This document shows positions 33,781-43,492 of a DNA stretch of 64,000 nucleotides, in pieces (the first letter of the stretch is position 1; every line of letters begins with the position of its first letter). The translations under genes were made by a program, and so were the position numbers. The DNA is from Escherichia phage AV122. The notes under the pieces were generated by a model. It ran no database searches and was not told the DNA's origin. It saw only the letters and a list, made by a program, of their open reading frames with translations. The DNA is taken from sequence record OR352952.1. The stretch is one strand, 5' to 3'.

Positions 33781-34060
33781 ATTGAATCACCTTCAGTTGA
33801 CGTTTTAATTCTTTTATCATCTCTTCGTTCATCGCAATATAAAGATCGCGTAAAGCAGGTTTTAACATTCCATTTACTGGAGAACTAAATGGACATACAT
33901 AATCTTTTCCTACGAGCTTTTTAGTGAATTCAATATTACAGAACTGAAATGCCGGCTCATTGGTATAAATTCCCCAATTAGTTGACATCATTTTATTGGC
34001 ATATTCCAGTGCCTGGATTTGATTCATAATTCCATCAATTTGAAACTGTTTAATATTCAT
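33764..34060 (-). CDS. hypothetical protein (arn.x cluster)
   Basis: 98-aa ORF. Confidence 0.55.
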   Translation of the reverse strand: MNIKQFQIDGIMNQIQALEYANKMMSTNWGIYTNEPAFQFCNIEFTKKLVGKDYVCPFSSPVNGMLKPALRDLYIAMNEEMIKELKRQLKVIQFGQGN

Positions 34061-34521
34061 TAGTAAAGGTCCTCAGAATAAAGTTCTTTTTCACTACCAC
34101 CACGTTCAATACGTACTTGTCCAGCGTAAGTTGCAATAATCATTGCTTCTTCACGTGTCCAATAATTACTATATTGGTCAATAAACCCTTGGTCATCATC
34201 ACAAACTTGTTGAGTAACTAATTGAGGTTTAACTACATCTAAAACTTCTGCCATATCTTTAGAATAATGACGAGCACCTGGAATAATAAGAGTTCGTCCA
34301 TCTTTTAATTTAAAACGATTAGCTGCACAGACAATTCGTCGTTGATACTTTTGGTTTTCATCCCAATACAGAGTCTGCCAACAGATTTCAGGAACTTCAT
34401 CTAAAACATTTTGTTCTGTATATTCACCACCGTAAGAAGCTAATTTAGCAGCCAGACTTTCCGGAGTCTCACGAGATAAAGCTTTATCTAACAGAGCTAA
34501 ACGTTCTTTAAAAGTTTTCAT
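34060..34521 (-). CDS. hypothetical protein (arn.x cluster)
   Basis: 153-aa ORF. Confidence 0.6.
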   Translation of the reverse strand: MKTFKERLALLDKALSRETPESLAAKLASYGGEYTEQNVLDEVPEICWQTLYWDENQKYQRRIVCAANRFKLKDGRTLIIPGARHYSKDMAEVLDVVKPQLVTQQVCDDDQGFIDQYSNYWTREEAMIIATYAGQVRIERGGSEKELYSEDLY

Positions 34522-34847
34522 TTAAACCATCCTTTAATACGCTGCCACAAAGTTTTCTGTTGAGCTTTGTTGACGCCAATTGAGCGAATAACTGGTTGAG
34601 ATTCCTGGAATTCTTTATAATCAGCAAGGTAAATTTCGTAAGCTGCATCCGTAAATGAACTTATAGCTGCCATAAAATTATTGCGAATACCTACTGGAGC
34701 ATCTTTACTTTCACGAATAATCATGTATTTACCAGTCTTAATCTTTACAATAGTTCCAAGATAAGCTCCATGGTACCAAATATCCCAACCCTCTTGAGTA
34801 GGTTCTGCACAACGACGAAGTTCATTGACAATTTCTAACTTGTTCAT
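34518..34847 (-). CDS. hypothetical protein (motA.1 position)
   Basis: 109-aa ORF. Confidence 0.6.
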   Translation of the reverse strand: MNKLEIVNELRRCAEPTQEGWDIWYHGAYLGTIVKIKTGKYMIIRESKDAPVGIRNNFMAAISSFTDAAYEIYLADYKEFQESQPVIRSIGVNKAQQKTLWQRIKGWFK

Positions 34848-34857
34848 TATTTATTCC

Positions 34858-35493
34858 TCACAGTTCAGATGCTACAGTGATTACAGCTTCAATGTTTTCT
34901 ACCGAGCGTTTAATGTCAAGATACACATTACCGTTTTTAGCGATTTTACATGACATTCCGATATCAGTAAATTTCTGAATATGATGTTCCATCATTTTGT
35001 ATCCAAAAATTCGCATATTTCCATTGTTGTTAATTTCAAAATTGCGAATTCCGTGAGTGCGTTTTTCTAAAATAGCGAGATAGTTACTGCGATAAGTTTC
35101 AACCTTTTTAAGAACAAATCCATTTTCATCTAAAAGTTTTAACATGAAGTCTTTATCTTCTTCCATATCAGAAGTAATCTCACGAGCTTTACGAGTTGCT
35201 CGTTTTTTCAGCAGTTCCGGAGCATTTTCTTGTGCGTATAAAGTTGCTGCATTTGAAATAATATCCTGAGCTTCACCAGTAATGATTAATCCATCACCAG
35301 ATTTCTCCACCAGGCCTTTTTTAATCAATACCCCAATATTACTATTAACTACTGCGTTACCTAAATCTGGATGCACCTCACGAACTTCTGCAGCTGTAAT
35401 GAAATCTTTCTTAGCAATAGTAATTAAAATCGCAGCAGTTTTTTCATTCAGAACATCGTTAGAAGCTTTGATGATGTAAGTTACTTTAGACAT
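34858..35493 (-). CDS. motA: middle transcription activator MotA
   Basis: 211 aa; sequence recognised as T4 MotA; early promoter 35535-35564. Confidence 0.93.
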   Translation of the reverse strand: MSKVTYIIKASNDVLNEKTAAILITIAKKDFITAAEVREVHPDLGNAVVNSNIGVLIKKGLVEKSGDGLIITGEAQDIISNAATLYAQENAPELLKKRATRKAREITSDMEEDKDFMLKLLDENGFVLKKVETYRSNYLAILEKRTHGIRNFEINNNGNMRIFGYKMMEHHIQKFTDIGMSCKIAKNGNVYLDIKRSVENIEAVITVASEL

Positions 35494-35534
35494 TTTCTAA
35501 TCTCCGTAATTCTGTATCAGTAGTTGATAGTTGT

Positions 35535-35564
35535 ATAGTACCACAGTATGCTTTGGTTGTAAAC
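35535..35564 (-). promoter_or_regulatory. early promoter upstream of motA
   Basis: GTTTACA, 17 nt, TACTAT. Confidence 0.55.
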
Positions 35565-35583
35565 CGTTTTGTGAAAAAATTTT

Positions 35584-35614
35584 AAAATAAAAAAGGGAGA
35601 GCCGAGGCTCTCCC
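35584..35614 (-). terminator. rho-independent terminator downstream of gene 52 operon
   Basis: Hairpin GGGAGAGCC-UCG-GCUCUCCC then U-run. Confidence 0.6.
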
Positions 35615-35619
35615 TAAAA

Positions 35620-35769
35620 TTACTGCATGAATGTGATAACTATCATGATAACACGTTGAATTCCGAACGCAAGAAGACCTCCTGCTACGGCTGGAACAAC
35701 GCCTAAACCCGCCAGTAAAATGCTACCAGATACTAATGCAGCGCTTGTAATACCAATGAATGGACTCAT
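35620..35769 (-). CDS. small hydrophobic protein downstream of gene 52
   Basis: 49-aa ORF from manual translation, ATGA overlap with gene 52 stop; followed by terminator. Confidence 0.35.
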   Translation of the reverse strand: MSPFIGITSAALVSGSILLAGLGVVPAVAGGLLAFGIQRVIMIVITFMQ

Positions 35770-37094
35770 TTGATTTCCTCTAAATCTTTGGTGTATTCGG
35801 TAACTACATCAGTAGTTTTCCAATATTCGTTTTCTTCTTTTTTAGCTTTAGCTTCTTCATCAAGTTTCTTTGCTTCATCGGAAGTCATATGAAAAATATT
35901 CATTCCAACTAGTTTATCAACATAAGAAGAATACATCTCAATTTTAGAAAGTTCTTCAGTCAGTTCTTTACGAGTTTTACCCTGTACAACAATTTCACCT
36001 GAAATTACTTTCTTAATGAAATGCGCCTTGGCAAAGGCTAAACGAAATGCTGATTCAGTTTCTTTGATTTTGTTATCAATTCGTTTTTGGACATAAGTTT
36101 TACGAACTTCAACGAAGTCTTTGATTAAATCAACTACGTTATCGTAAACTTGCAGCTTTCCTTTCTCATTAATAACAGTAATATTCTGTGAACGACGCTC
36201 AATCAACCCGAAGTCTTTCATAATTTTAGCGTGACGTTCTTCTTCATTATCGCTCAAAGAGTATTCTTTGCGGAATTTAACTTTGAAGCCAAAACCATGC
36301 TCACCACAAGCATCATCCCACGTAATGAAGCCTTTATCTTCAAGCGGGTCTAAGATTTTACTCACATAAGTTTCACGATCATACTTATACGGAATCTCAG
36401 TGATATGCATTTGAGTTCGTGAAGTAAACTTATATGTTCCACGAATTTCATACTGCCCATCAATTTCAACAACTTCACCACGAAATTCTGGGAATTCTAC
36501 CTTCGGTTTAGTTACTTTCTTTCCTTGAAGAGCTTGTAATACAGCTTTCCTGACAGAAGAAACACTATGAGGAAGAATGTAAGTTGCATAACCAGTTGCA
36601 ATACCGGAAACACCATTAAGAAGAACAGTAGGAATAATAGGCAAATAGAAAGCAGGCGGAATGTGTTCTTTATCTTGATGTACCGGAGCATATTCAGTAT
36701 CTTTATATACGTTATAGAAATTTTTACTTACACGAGCAAAAATATAACGACTTGCGGCTGCCTTTTGGACAGTACGAGAACCGAAGTTTCCTTGGCCATC
36801 TAACAGAGGAAAGTTATTATTCCAAGTATTAGCCATCAAAGCACCTGCGTCTTGCGCAGAGTTTTCACCATGATGATATCCAAGGTCCGCTACACCACCT
36901 GCAATAGAAGCGAGTTTGTGAAACTTATCTTTATTTCCTCGTGCCAAATCAAGAGCTCGAGCAATAACAAATCGTTGAACTGGCTTAAATCCGTCAATCA
37001 TATTTGGGATAGCACGATTTTCAACCGTGTACATAGCATAAGCCAATGCTTCATTATCAATGATACTTTTTAAATCGCGATTATTCAGTTGCAT
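35766..37094 (-). CDS. 52: DNA topoisomerase II medium subunit gp52
   Basis: 442 aa; GyrA-like catalytic region, recognised as T4 gp52. Confidence 0.95.
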   Translation of the reverse strand: MQLNNRDLKSIIDNEALAYAMYTVENRAIPNMIDGFKPVQRFVIARALDLARGNKDKFHKLASIAGGVADLGYHHGENSAQDAGALMANTWNNNFPLLDGQGNFGSRTVQKAAASRYIFARVSKNFYNVYKDTEYAPVHQDKEHIPPAFYLPIIPTVLLNGVSGIATGYATYILPHSVSSVRKAVLQALQGKKVTKPKVEFPEFRGEVVEIDGQYEIRGTYKFTSRTQMHITEIPYKYDRETYVSKILDPLEDKGFITWDDACGEHGFGFKVKFRKEYSLSDNEEERHAKIMKDFGLIERRSQNITVINEKGKLQVYDNVVDLIKDFVEVRKTYVQKRIDNKIKETESAFRLAFAKAHFIKKVISGEIVVQGKTRKELTEELSKIEMYSSYVDKLVGMNIFHMTSDEAKKLDEEAKAKKEENEYWKTTDVVTEYTKDLEEIK

Positions 37095-37098
37095 AAAT

Positions 37099-37239
37099 TT
37101 ACCATACTAGTGAATGTAGTGCCATAATAACATCAGAAATGAAAAGCACGACTTGAATTAATCCGAACATTATTCCGTAATATAATGCTATCAATAAAAT
37201 AGCAAGGGCTAATGAATAGCCCAAGATTTTCTTAATCAT
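37099..37239 (-). CDS. small membrane protein (52.1 position)
   Basis: 46-aa hydrophobic ORF, manual translation. Confidence 0.35.
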   Translation of the reverse strand: MIKKILGYSLALAILLIALYYGIMFGLIQVVLFISDVIMALHSLVW

Positions 37240-37390
37240 TAGTAGATAACAACACAAATGTTAAATATGCACACATACCCTGAGCTAAAGCTTGCGAAAA
37301 CACACTGCTGGCATCAATACAGATAGTTAAAACACATGCTACTATCCAACAAATAAATGAAATAACTCCTAATAATTTTGCAATATTCAT
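37232..37390 (-). CDS. small membrane protein (ac position, possible acridine-resistance determinant)
   Basis: 52-aa hydrophobic ORF between 52.1-like ORF and stp. Confidence 0.4.
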   Translation of the reverse strand: MNIAKLLGVISFICWIVACVLTICIDASSVFSQALAQGMCAYLTFVLLSTND

Positions 37391-37397
37391 ATTTTCC

Positions 37398-37478
37398 TCA
37401 CTGGCGTCCGAAGACGCCTTTGGTTTTAAGATTGTTACGATAGAACTGCATCACGTGTTCGTTGTGGAAATTACTCAT
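37398..37478 (-). CDS. stp: Stp peptide (26 aa)
   Basis: Manual translation gives [26 protein letters not shown], matching my recollection of T4 Stp; ATG overlaps ndd stop (TAATG). Confidence 0.8.
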
Positions 37479-37933
37479 TAATATGCCTGCAAAACAAATT
37501 TAAAGTTATCAGCCAACATACGGTTCATTTCTTCAAGTGTTTGATACTCAGAATGATGATTACGAGTAAACGCTAAAGCTAACTGACCTTTACCAAATCC
37601 CGTCGTCAGAGGTTTCATCTTAGAAGCAGGCAGATAAAATACTGTGTATGGAACATTGTTATTTGCAATAGTACGCGCAAGCTGAGACCGACGCTGACGA
37701 ATATGACTTAGAACCGCACTGAATCCTTGCTTAGAACGCTGATTACCTACATAAAATCGTGCAGACACGCACGGATTACTAAATGGACGACCATCTAATT
37801 TACACACTAAAAAGTAAAATCCAGGTTTAGATAAAATATCTTTATGTGGAACTCCCAAAAACCATTCACCGTTCTTGATTGTACCAATAACGGTAGCGCC
37901 TGCGTTGTTCAGATCAGTAACAGTCATATATTT
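37478..37933 (-). CDS. ndd: nucleoid disruption protein Ndd
   Basis: 151 aa from ATG at 37933 ([13 protein letters not shown]); track start is upstream extension. Confidence 0.9.
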
Positions 37934-37996
37934 CATATTAATTTCCTCTAAATTATTTTCTACTCCAAGGCCGCATGAATACACACGGCCATTAAA

Positions 37997-38212
37997 TTAA
38001 TCGTCGCAGTCGACGCTCAATTCCCAGAATTCTTCTACGGTATAAGTTTCAGTATCATTTTCAATACAGAAACGTTCATTACTATTATTTGCTAAAGTAG
38101 CATTAACTGTCGGTTTCTCGCTAGTGCTCTTAAGAGGTGAAATACGAATTAACTGATCACCGTTATCTAAACAAAAAATTTCACCAACTTTTACATCTTT
38201 AAAACTTTTCAT
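37997..38212 (-). CDS. hypothetical protein (ndd.x cluster)
   Basis: 71-aa ORF. Confidence 0.5.
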   Translation of the reverse strand: MKSFKDVKVGEIFCLDNGDQLIRISPLKSTSEKPTVNATLANNSNERFCIENDTETYTVEEFWELSVDCDD

Positions 38213-38327
38213 AATTCACCTCAAGGAGTATAAAATCCAAATGCAGTTGTTGACCATCCCATCCAATATGGGAAATTTGCACCAATGTAAAACATAAGAA
38301 TATAAAACCAAATGCTTAGTAAATTCA

Positions 38328-38546
38328 TCATTTTACACCATTCCAAATTGTTTCAACCACAGATTTTAAACCATTTTGATGAATATCAATTCCGACTACT
38401 GTCATCAAATAGATTCCAACTACAACTGAACCTAAGGCAAAAATCAGCATGAAAATGAATAAAGCCGGAAAAATATTATCGAAAAACCATTCAATAAATG
38501 TAAAAGCACTGCGTTTACGTTTCATATTTTCCTCACATAAATCCAA
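38328..38546 (-). CDS. small membrane protein (ndd.x cluster)
   Basis: 72 aa with hydrophobic core. Confidence 0.5.
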   Translation of the reverse strand: MDLCEENMKRKRSAFTFIEWFFDNIFPALFIFMLIFALGSVVVGIYLMTVVGIDIHQNGLKSVVETIWNGVK

Positions 38547-38646
38547 AGTAAGCGTTTAATACATCAATCATTAAAACGATTGGGAATATACTCAAAACTA
38601 CTAGTATTATAACTACATTCCATATAGCTTTAACAATCTTTTTCAT
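38533..38646 (-). CDS. small membrane protein (start trimmed)
   Basis: 37 aa from ATG 38646; track extension overlaps promoter 38675-38704. Confidence 0.35.
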   Translation of the reverse strand: MKKIVKAIWNVVIILVVLSIFPIVLMIDVLNAYFGFM

Positions 38647-38674
38647 TTTCTGTTCCTCCGTAGTTGATAGGGTA

Positions 38675-38704
38675 ATAGTACCACGGAAGAACAGTCTTGT
38701 AAAC
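38675..38704 (-). promoter_or_regulatory. early promoter
   Basis: GTTTACA, 17 nt, TACTAT. Confidence 0.55.
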
Positions 38705-38889
38705 AACTTTTTTAAAAATATTCGTAATAAATGTGAATACCAACTACTACCGCTGAAACCTGTGCAACCCACCACGCACAAGCAATAAGTACAGAATTCA
38801 AAATTTTCATAATAACCTCATCACAAAAGTAAATGTTAAACAAATTAATGGAATACTAATTAACCAAACAAAACACCACCATAATGAAC

Positions 38890-39153
38890 TCATAGTTCAA
38901 TCTCAATGATTTCCAGGTGTTTTTGTTTTATTGCCTTTTTAACACAATCATGGACTAAATATGACCATGAATCATTATATTCTCCATTAACTAATCGTTG
39001 GAGATCTTCACGTGATGATAAGTAAGGTTGATCTGATTCCCATTTTGATAAAAATACTGCAGTAAAAATATCTCCTTCACCTGTAGTTGAAGTCGTAAAT
39101 GCAATAAATTCACCGGTAATTTTATGTTTAGCGTAATAAAATTTAAATTTCAT
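38890..39153 (-). CDS. hypothetical protein (start trimmed)
   Basis: 87 aa from ATG 39153; promoter 39181-39210 lies inside track extension. Confidence 0.5.
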   Translation of the reverse strand: MKFKFYYAKHKITGEFIAFTTSTTGEGDIFTAVFLSKWESDQPYLSSREDLQRLVNGEYNDSWSYLVHDCVKKAIKQKHLEIIEIEL

Positions 39154-39180
39154 TTTTACTCCTCCGTAGCTGATAGTTGT

Positions 39181-39210
39181 ATAGTACCACGGTCCTTGTG
39201 GTATGTAAAC
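39181..39210 (-). promoter_or_regulatory. early promoter
   Basis: GTTTACA, 17 nt, TACTAT. Confidence 0.55.
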
Positions 39211-39228
39211 CATTTTGTGAAATTTTTT

Positions 39229-39786
39229 TTAAATGGAAAGATACCATCCGTTGTAGTTGCTTTTTCTTACAACCTTACGAAGGTCTTCTCTGTCACCGAT
39301 GAACTTCGGAGTGTACTGGATGACACCTGGATGAATTTCTTTAGTGTTGAATATAATTATACAGTCAGCGACTTGATGATTTAGAATGGGCCCTAGATTT
39401 ATTCCAGAACCGTATGGATACTCTCCGCTGCATCCTGTTGTTACAGAAATCCAACGTGAGTCAGTTTGATGTGTTTTGACTTCTACACGAAGCCCGCAGT
39501 ATCTTGGATGCGCCAATACATCCCATGCGTATGTATACGGGTCATTAACATCCTCTTGGCCTTTATTAACATACCCGCTTAACCAATCTGCTACAAAAAA
39601 TTCTGCGTACACAGCGATACGACATCTTTCAATAACTTCTGCTTTATCCTGGTTCGGGTTTTGTTTTAAAGAGTATCTTGCTGTATCAGCAATTTTGACC
39701 TTCATTTCACTAGTCAAGTCACTGTTCGATAGGGTAAATGTCGGAATCTGAAATAGTCTCTGTAAACCCGGATTCGTTTTCTGCAT
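39229..39786 (-). CDS. denB: endonuclease IV (by size and position)
   Basis: 185 aa; located between ndd.x cluster and rIIB as in T4. Confidence 0.7.
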   Translation of the reverse strand: MQKTNPGLQRLFQIPTFTLSNSDLTSEMKVKIADTARYSLKQNPNQDKAEVIERCRIAVYAEFFVADWLSGYVNKGQEDVNDPYTYAWDVLAHPRYCGLRVEVKTHQTDSRWISVTTGCSGEYPYGSGINLGPILNHQVADCIIIFNTKEIHPGVIQYTPKFIGDREDLRKVVRKSNYNGWYLSI

Positions 39787-39840
39787 TTAGACTTTCCTTT
39801 ATGTTGGAATCACTGATATTCATATAAATCATAATTTCTC

Positions 39841-39865
39841 TTAAAACAAAAGGGCCGAAGCCCTT
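39841..39865 (-). terminator. rho-independent terminator
   Basis: Hairpin AGGGC-UUCG-GCCCU followed by UUUUGUUUU. Confidence 0.5.
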
Positions 39866-39868
39866 ATT

Positions 39869-40063
39869 TTATTTGAATTGTGCAATTCTTTTCTCTAAAC
39901 ATTCAGCATAAGATTTCATTGAGATAAACTGCGAAAGTAGCAGTTCTTGCTCAACTGCGTTAACTGTTAGAAACTTTGCGCTTTCTAAAAATTTACTCAG
40001 TGCATTAATTTTGAGCATTAATTGATCGTATTCTTCTTTTACTCGTGCTTGATAACCTAACAT
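39869..40063 (-). CDS. hypothetical protein (denB.1 position)
   Basis: 64-aa coiled-coil-like ORF; hairpin before SD and terminator after. Confidence 0.5.
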   Translation of the reverse strand: MLGYQARVKEEYDQLMLKINALSKFLESAKFLTVNAVEQELLLSQFISMKSYAECLEKRIAQFK

Positions 40064-40095
40064 AATTTTCCTTAATGTGATAAGGGCCGAAGCCC

Positions 40096-41034
40096 TTATT
40101 TAAATTGTTCTGTAACGTCTTCAACTACTTCGTATTGGCAGGTACGCATTTTAGCATCGTTGTAATCAATCGGAATTGATACTACATCGCGAGGATGAAC
40201 TTTAACTTTTACAACTCGGCTGGTTGAACTGCCAAAGTGACGAATATAAGATTTAGAACACACATGCAGACCGCGAGAACAAGTTTGTGTATCATCGTCA
40301 TTCACACGAGTACGTGGCATTTTAACTACTTTACCCGGACTGTTATCAAAGGTGTTTGAGTGACAGTCAAAGTAATTGCTGCGAACTACTTTCCAAGCAT
40401 AGAAGTAACCATCTTCGGTGATTTCAATATCGTTTGCTACCAAGAAATCAAAGAGTCGAGATACCGCTTTTTGGCTTGGGTTTTCCAGCAGATTTTCCAA
40501 GAACGGAAAATAAAATTCAAAGTTTTCACCTTTTTCCATCGAGTCAAGAATACGATCAACCAAACCAGACCGCAATTCAATATTTTGATAGAACAAGCTT
40601 CCACCTTCAATTCGAACATCGCCGGAAATATATTTTTCAACAGCACGACGAACATTAATTTTTTGTGCCGCTTCTTCCAGCTTATCCGCTACAAGCAGAT
40701 TAAGAATTTCCTGGAAGTTTGAATGAGTATTAGGAGTTGCGTTATAAGTTACACCGTCAACAGTAATTGAAATGAATTTTTTAGATGCATTCCAAATAAT
40801 GTCAGATTTAGCAACTGGAGCAATAACTGCATCGCTATTAACTTTAACTGTAATGTCACCGCTAATAGTAACTTTAGGGCGTTTAGCTTCTTCAGCATTT
40901 TTCAAAACACGACGGATTGTGTCAACCGATACATCCTTCCAATAAGCCAATTCCTGTTGAGTGTAATTACCGCTTGAATACAGTTTAACAATTTCAGCTT
41001 GTTCGTTTTTGGTCAGGCATTTAATATTGTACAT
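40096..41034 (-). CDS. rIIB: rIIB protein
   Basis: 312 aa; MYNIKCLTKNEQAEIVKLYSSGNYTQQELA recognised. Confidence 0.93.
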   Translation of the reverse strand: MYNIKCLTKNEQAEIVKLYSSGNYTQQELAYWKDVSVDTIRRVLKNAEEAKRPKVTISGDITVKVNSDAVIAPVAKSDIIWNASKKFISITVDGVTYNATPNTHSNFQEILNLLVADKLEEAAQKINVRRAVEKYISGDVRIEGGSLFYQNIELRSGLVDRILDSMEKGENFEFYFPFLENLLENPSQKAVSRLFDFLVANDIEITEDGYFYAWKVVRSNYFDCHSNTFDNSPGKVVKMPRTRVNDDDTQTCSRGLHVCSKSYIRHFGSSTSRVVKVKVHPRDVVSIPIDYNDAKMRTCQYEVVEDVTEQFK

Positions 41035-41045
41035 AATTTTCCTTA

Positions 41046-43223
41046 TTAGGCCGCAAGGGCCTTCATAGTTTTAGCGATTTGGGAAACTTCATCATCACTT
41101 AAAGAGTTGCGATAACCGATGAAGTCGGAAACAATACGGAATTTCTTGGTAAACTCAGCAACCATTTTATCACTATTTTTTGAAGCATTACGTGATAATT
41201 CATCAAAGAGATTAGTTACTGTCCAGATGTCATGACCGATGGTATCTTTTCCACCATTAAAATATACACCCTGTAATGAACTAACCATATTAGCGAGTCG
41301 TGTATATTCTTCAGAAACTTCATCTACACTGAAGTACTTCATCATAAAATCTAGCTCAGGATACTTGATAATTTTATCAATATATCGTTTAGCTGAACTT
41401 GAATAACCTACATACTTATCATAATCTACATCATCAAAAGCATCTACATATAAATCACGCAAAGCTTCAAAAATACATTGGCACTGACCGAGCTCTTTTA
41501 CCTTTTTCTGTAAAAGCGGACGAATAACATAAAATTCATTAATGCCAATAAGATTAGCCATACGAATCAAAATATTCATAGATGGATGACAAAGAGATGT
41601 AGTACCATCCATAGAGAAAATATCAGAACGATGCATATACGCTACATAACCAGTAATTTCATCTGCTTCTGATGTGAGCGTAAATAGTTCCTCTTTTTCC
41701 CAACGTCCGTCTTTAATTTCAAACTTAAATGCTGTAGCAGCTTTAGGACGAGGAGCTTTACTTTTAACTACCTTTGGAATATAACTTTTAACTAAAGCTT
41801 CAATTTCTGACAAATAATGAATGTTAACTTCATCACTTTCAAACATCGCCATAATATCAGGGAGTAAATCAATCTGCGATTCTACTTCTGGATTAATAAA
41901 CAGAAGACGCTCATTATGATGAATATTCAAAGTGTTATTAAATTCACTATCATCTAACGCACGTGCTAATCCACGAACAATATTAACACGATTTTTAATA
42001 TTATCAATAACGATATTAATTTTTGTTGTATTAATACCAAACAGACGATAACTTGATGCAACGGCTGAAGTTTCATGACTTTGCTTAATTCGCTTCAGTC
42101 GAGGGTCAAGATTTACTTCATACACAACTCCTGCATTACATAACTTACTGTCAGGCTCAAACATGCTCTGCATCTTTTTATATGACAGATTTTTAGTCGT
42201 GAATTTGACTGAATTACTAATCATATAATCTCGAGCAGAATATCCCATCTTCATCAATTCACGATATGTGTGACGAGGAGATGTAGATTCTTTAAATCGT
42301 TTTACATCTTCATTAAATGCTTTCTCACTGAGTTCTTTAACTCGTTCAATGATATTTTTACGAGTGCGATCATCTAATGAAAGAGCCTCGCGAGATGGAG
42401 CAATATCCAGTGAACCCATTGGAAACTTAATGTAATTCACTTCATTGCGAATGCTTAGCCAGTTACGGTCTCTAATAACACCATCGATAGGATAAACAAT
42501 ACCGCCATAGATAGCATATAATCCGCCGCGATCAGGCCAGTATCTTTCTGGATTTACACCGTAATAGTCATCAAAATCCGGAAAATAATCAATTTCGCGG
42601 TCAAGGCCATTAATGATAGCCAAATCTTTGAATGGTCGCATGATATAAGAAACTTCATAAGCAAAGTTTCTAAAGTCTTTTTCTTCAACTGGAACTACGA
42701 TTTCAATACCAGTTTTATCATCTGGACCCATTTCTTTTACGAATGTAGGTTTAATCTGTGGACCATCACCATCCATATAAGCTACATAACCACGAATTTC
42801 ACCTTTATGATACGAAGTAATACTAAATGTATCAGTATAACTAAACGGAGATTTAGAACCTAAACCAAATCCGCCAATGAAATCGTTAGATTCAGCCTTA
42901 GATGAACTAAAGTATGAATTATACAACCCAGGAGAATTATCATCACCTTGAATATCAAAATCGCTCATACCCGGACCAAAATCTCGACAAACAAATCGTG
43001 GATCTAAACGTCCAGGAACTTGTATGATAAATTTTTCAGGATTTCCATTGAGAGCATGGGCATCAATCATGTTGGTAATCAATTCACGGACTACTGCGCG
43101 AATTTTGTTTGTATACAAATCAGATGACAGAATTTTAAATACTTTAGGAGATGCTGTGATGCTAAATGCTTTTGATTTAGAACCATTACCAAGAATTGTT
43201 TCTTTTTCAGTGGTGATAATCAT
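41046..43223 (-). CDS. rIIA: rIIA protein
   Basis: 725 aa; GHKL-type ATPase-like N-terminal region; recognised as T4 rIIA. Confidence 0.95.
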   Translation of the reverse strand: MIITTEKETILGNGSKSKAFSITASPKVFKILSSDLYTNKIRAVVRELITNMIDAHALNGNPEKFIIQVPGRLDPRFVCRDFGPGMSDFDIQGDDNSPGLYNSYFSSSKAESNDFIGGFGLGSKSPFSYTDTFSITSYHKGEIRGYVAYMDGDGPQIKPTFVKEMGPDDKTGIEIVVPVEEKDFRNFAYEVSYIMRPFKDLAIINGLDREIDYFPDFDDYYGVNPERYWPDRGGLYAIYGGIVYPIDGVIRDRNWLSIRNEVNYIKFPMGSLDIAPSREALSLDDRTRKNIIERVKELSEKAFNEDVKRFKESTSPRHTYRELMKMGYSARDYMISNSVKFTTKNLSYKKMQSMFEPDSKLCNAGVVYEVNLDPRLKRIKQSHETSAVASSYRLFGINTTKINIVIDNIKNRVNIVRGLARALDDSEFNNTLNIHHNERLLFINPEVESQIDLLPDIMAMFESDEVNIHYLSEIEALVKSYIPKVVKSKAPRPKAATAFKFEIKDGRWEKEELFTLTSEADEITGYVAYMHRSDIFSMDGTTSLCHPSMNILIRMANLIGINEFYVIRPLLQKKVKELGQCQCIFEALRDLYVDAFDDVDYDKYVGYSSSAKRYIDKIIKYPELDFMMKYFSVDEVSEEYTRLANMVSSLQGVYFNGGKDTIGHDIWTVTNLFDELSRNASKNSDKMVAEFTKKFRIVSDFIGYRNSLSDDEVSQIAKTMKALAA

Positions 43224-43233
43224 AATTTCCTCA

Positions 43234-43437
43234 TTAATTCATATTACGCTTAATAACTTCAGCAACTTCTAGTAGTTCATCTTTAGTTGCAGTGTCGGAT
43301 TGAATTTTATCTCTAATATCCTTAAAGCGGTTTTTAAATTCTTCGGCTTCTCCCATATCGAAAAAGCGTTGAATGATTCTATATTCTCGATGAACTGCTT
43401 TATCAAAAAGTTCTAAATTTACTTTATATGATTTCAT
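43234..43437 (-). CDS. hypothetical protein (rIIA.1 position)
   Basis: 67-aa ORF; early promoter 43463-43492. Confidence 0.55.
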   Translation of the reverse strand: MKSYKVNLELFDKAVHREYRIIQRFFDMGEAEEFKNRFKDIRDKIQSDTATKDELLEVAEVIKRNMN

Positions 43438-43462
43438 TTCAATATCCTCATTTGCCCAATTA

Positions 43463-43492
43463 ATTATACCACATCCTTGTGGTAAAGTAAAC
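43463..43492 (-). promoter_or_regulatory. early promoter upstream of rIIA.1/rIIA
   Basis: GTTTACT, 17 nt, TATAAT. Confidence 0.55.
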
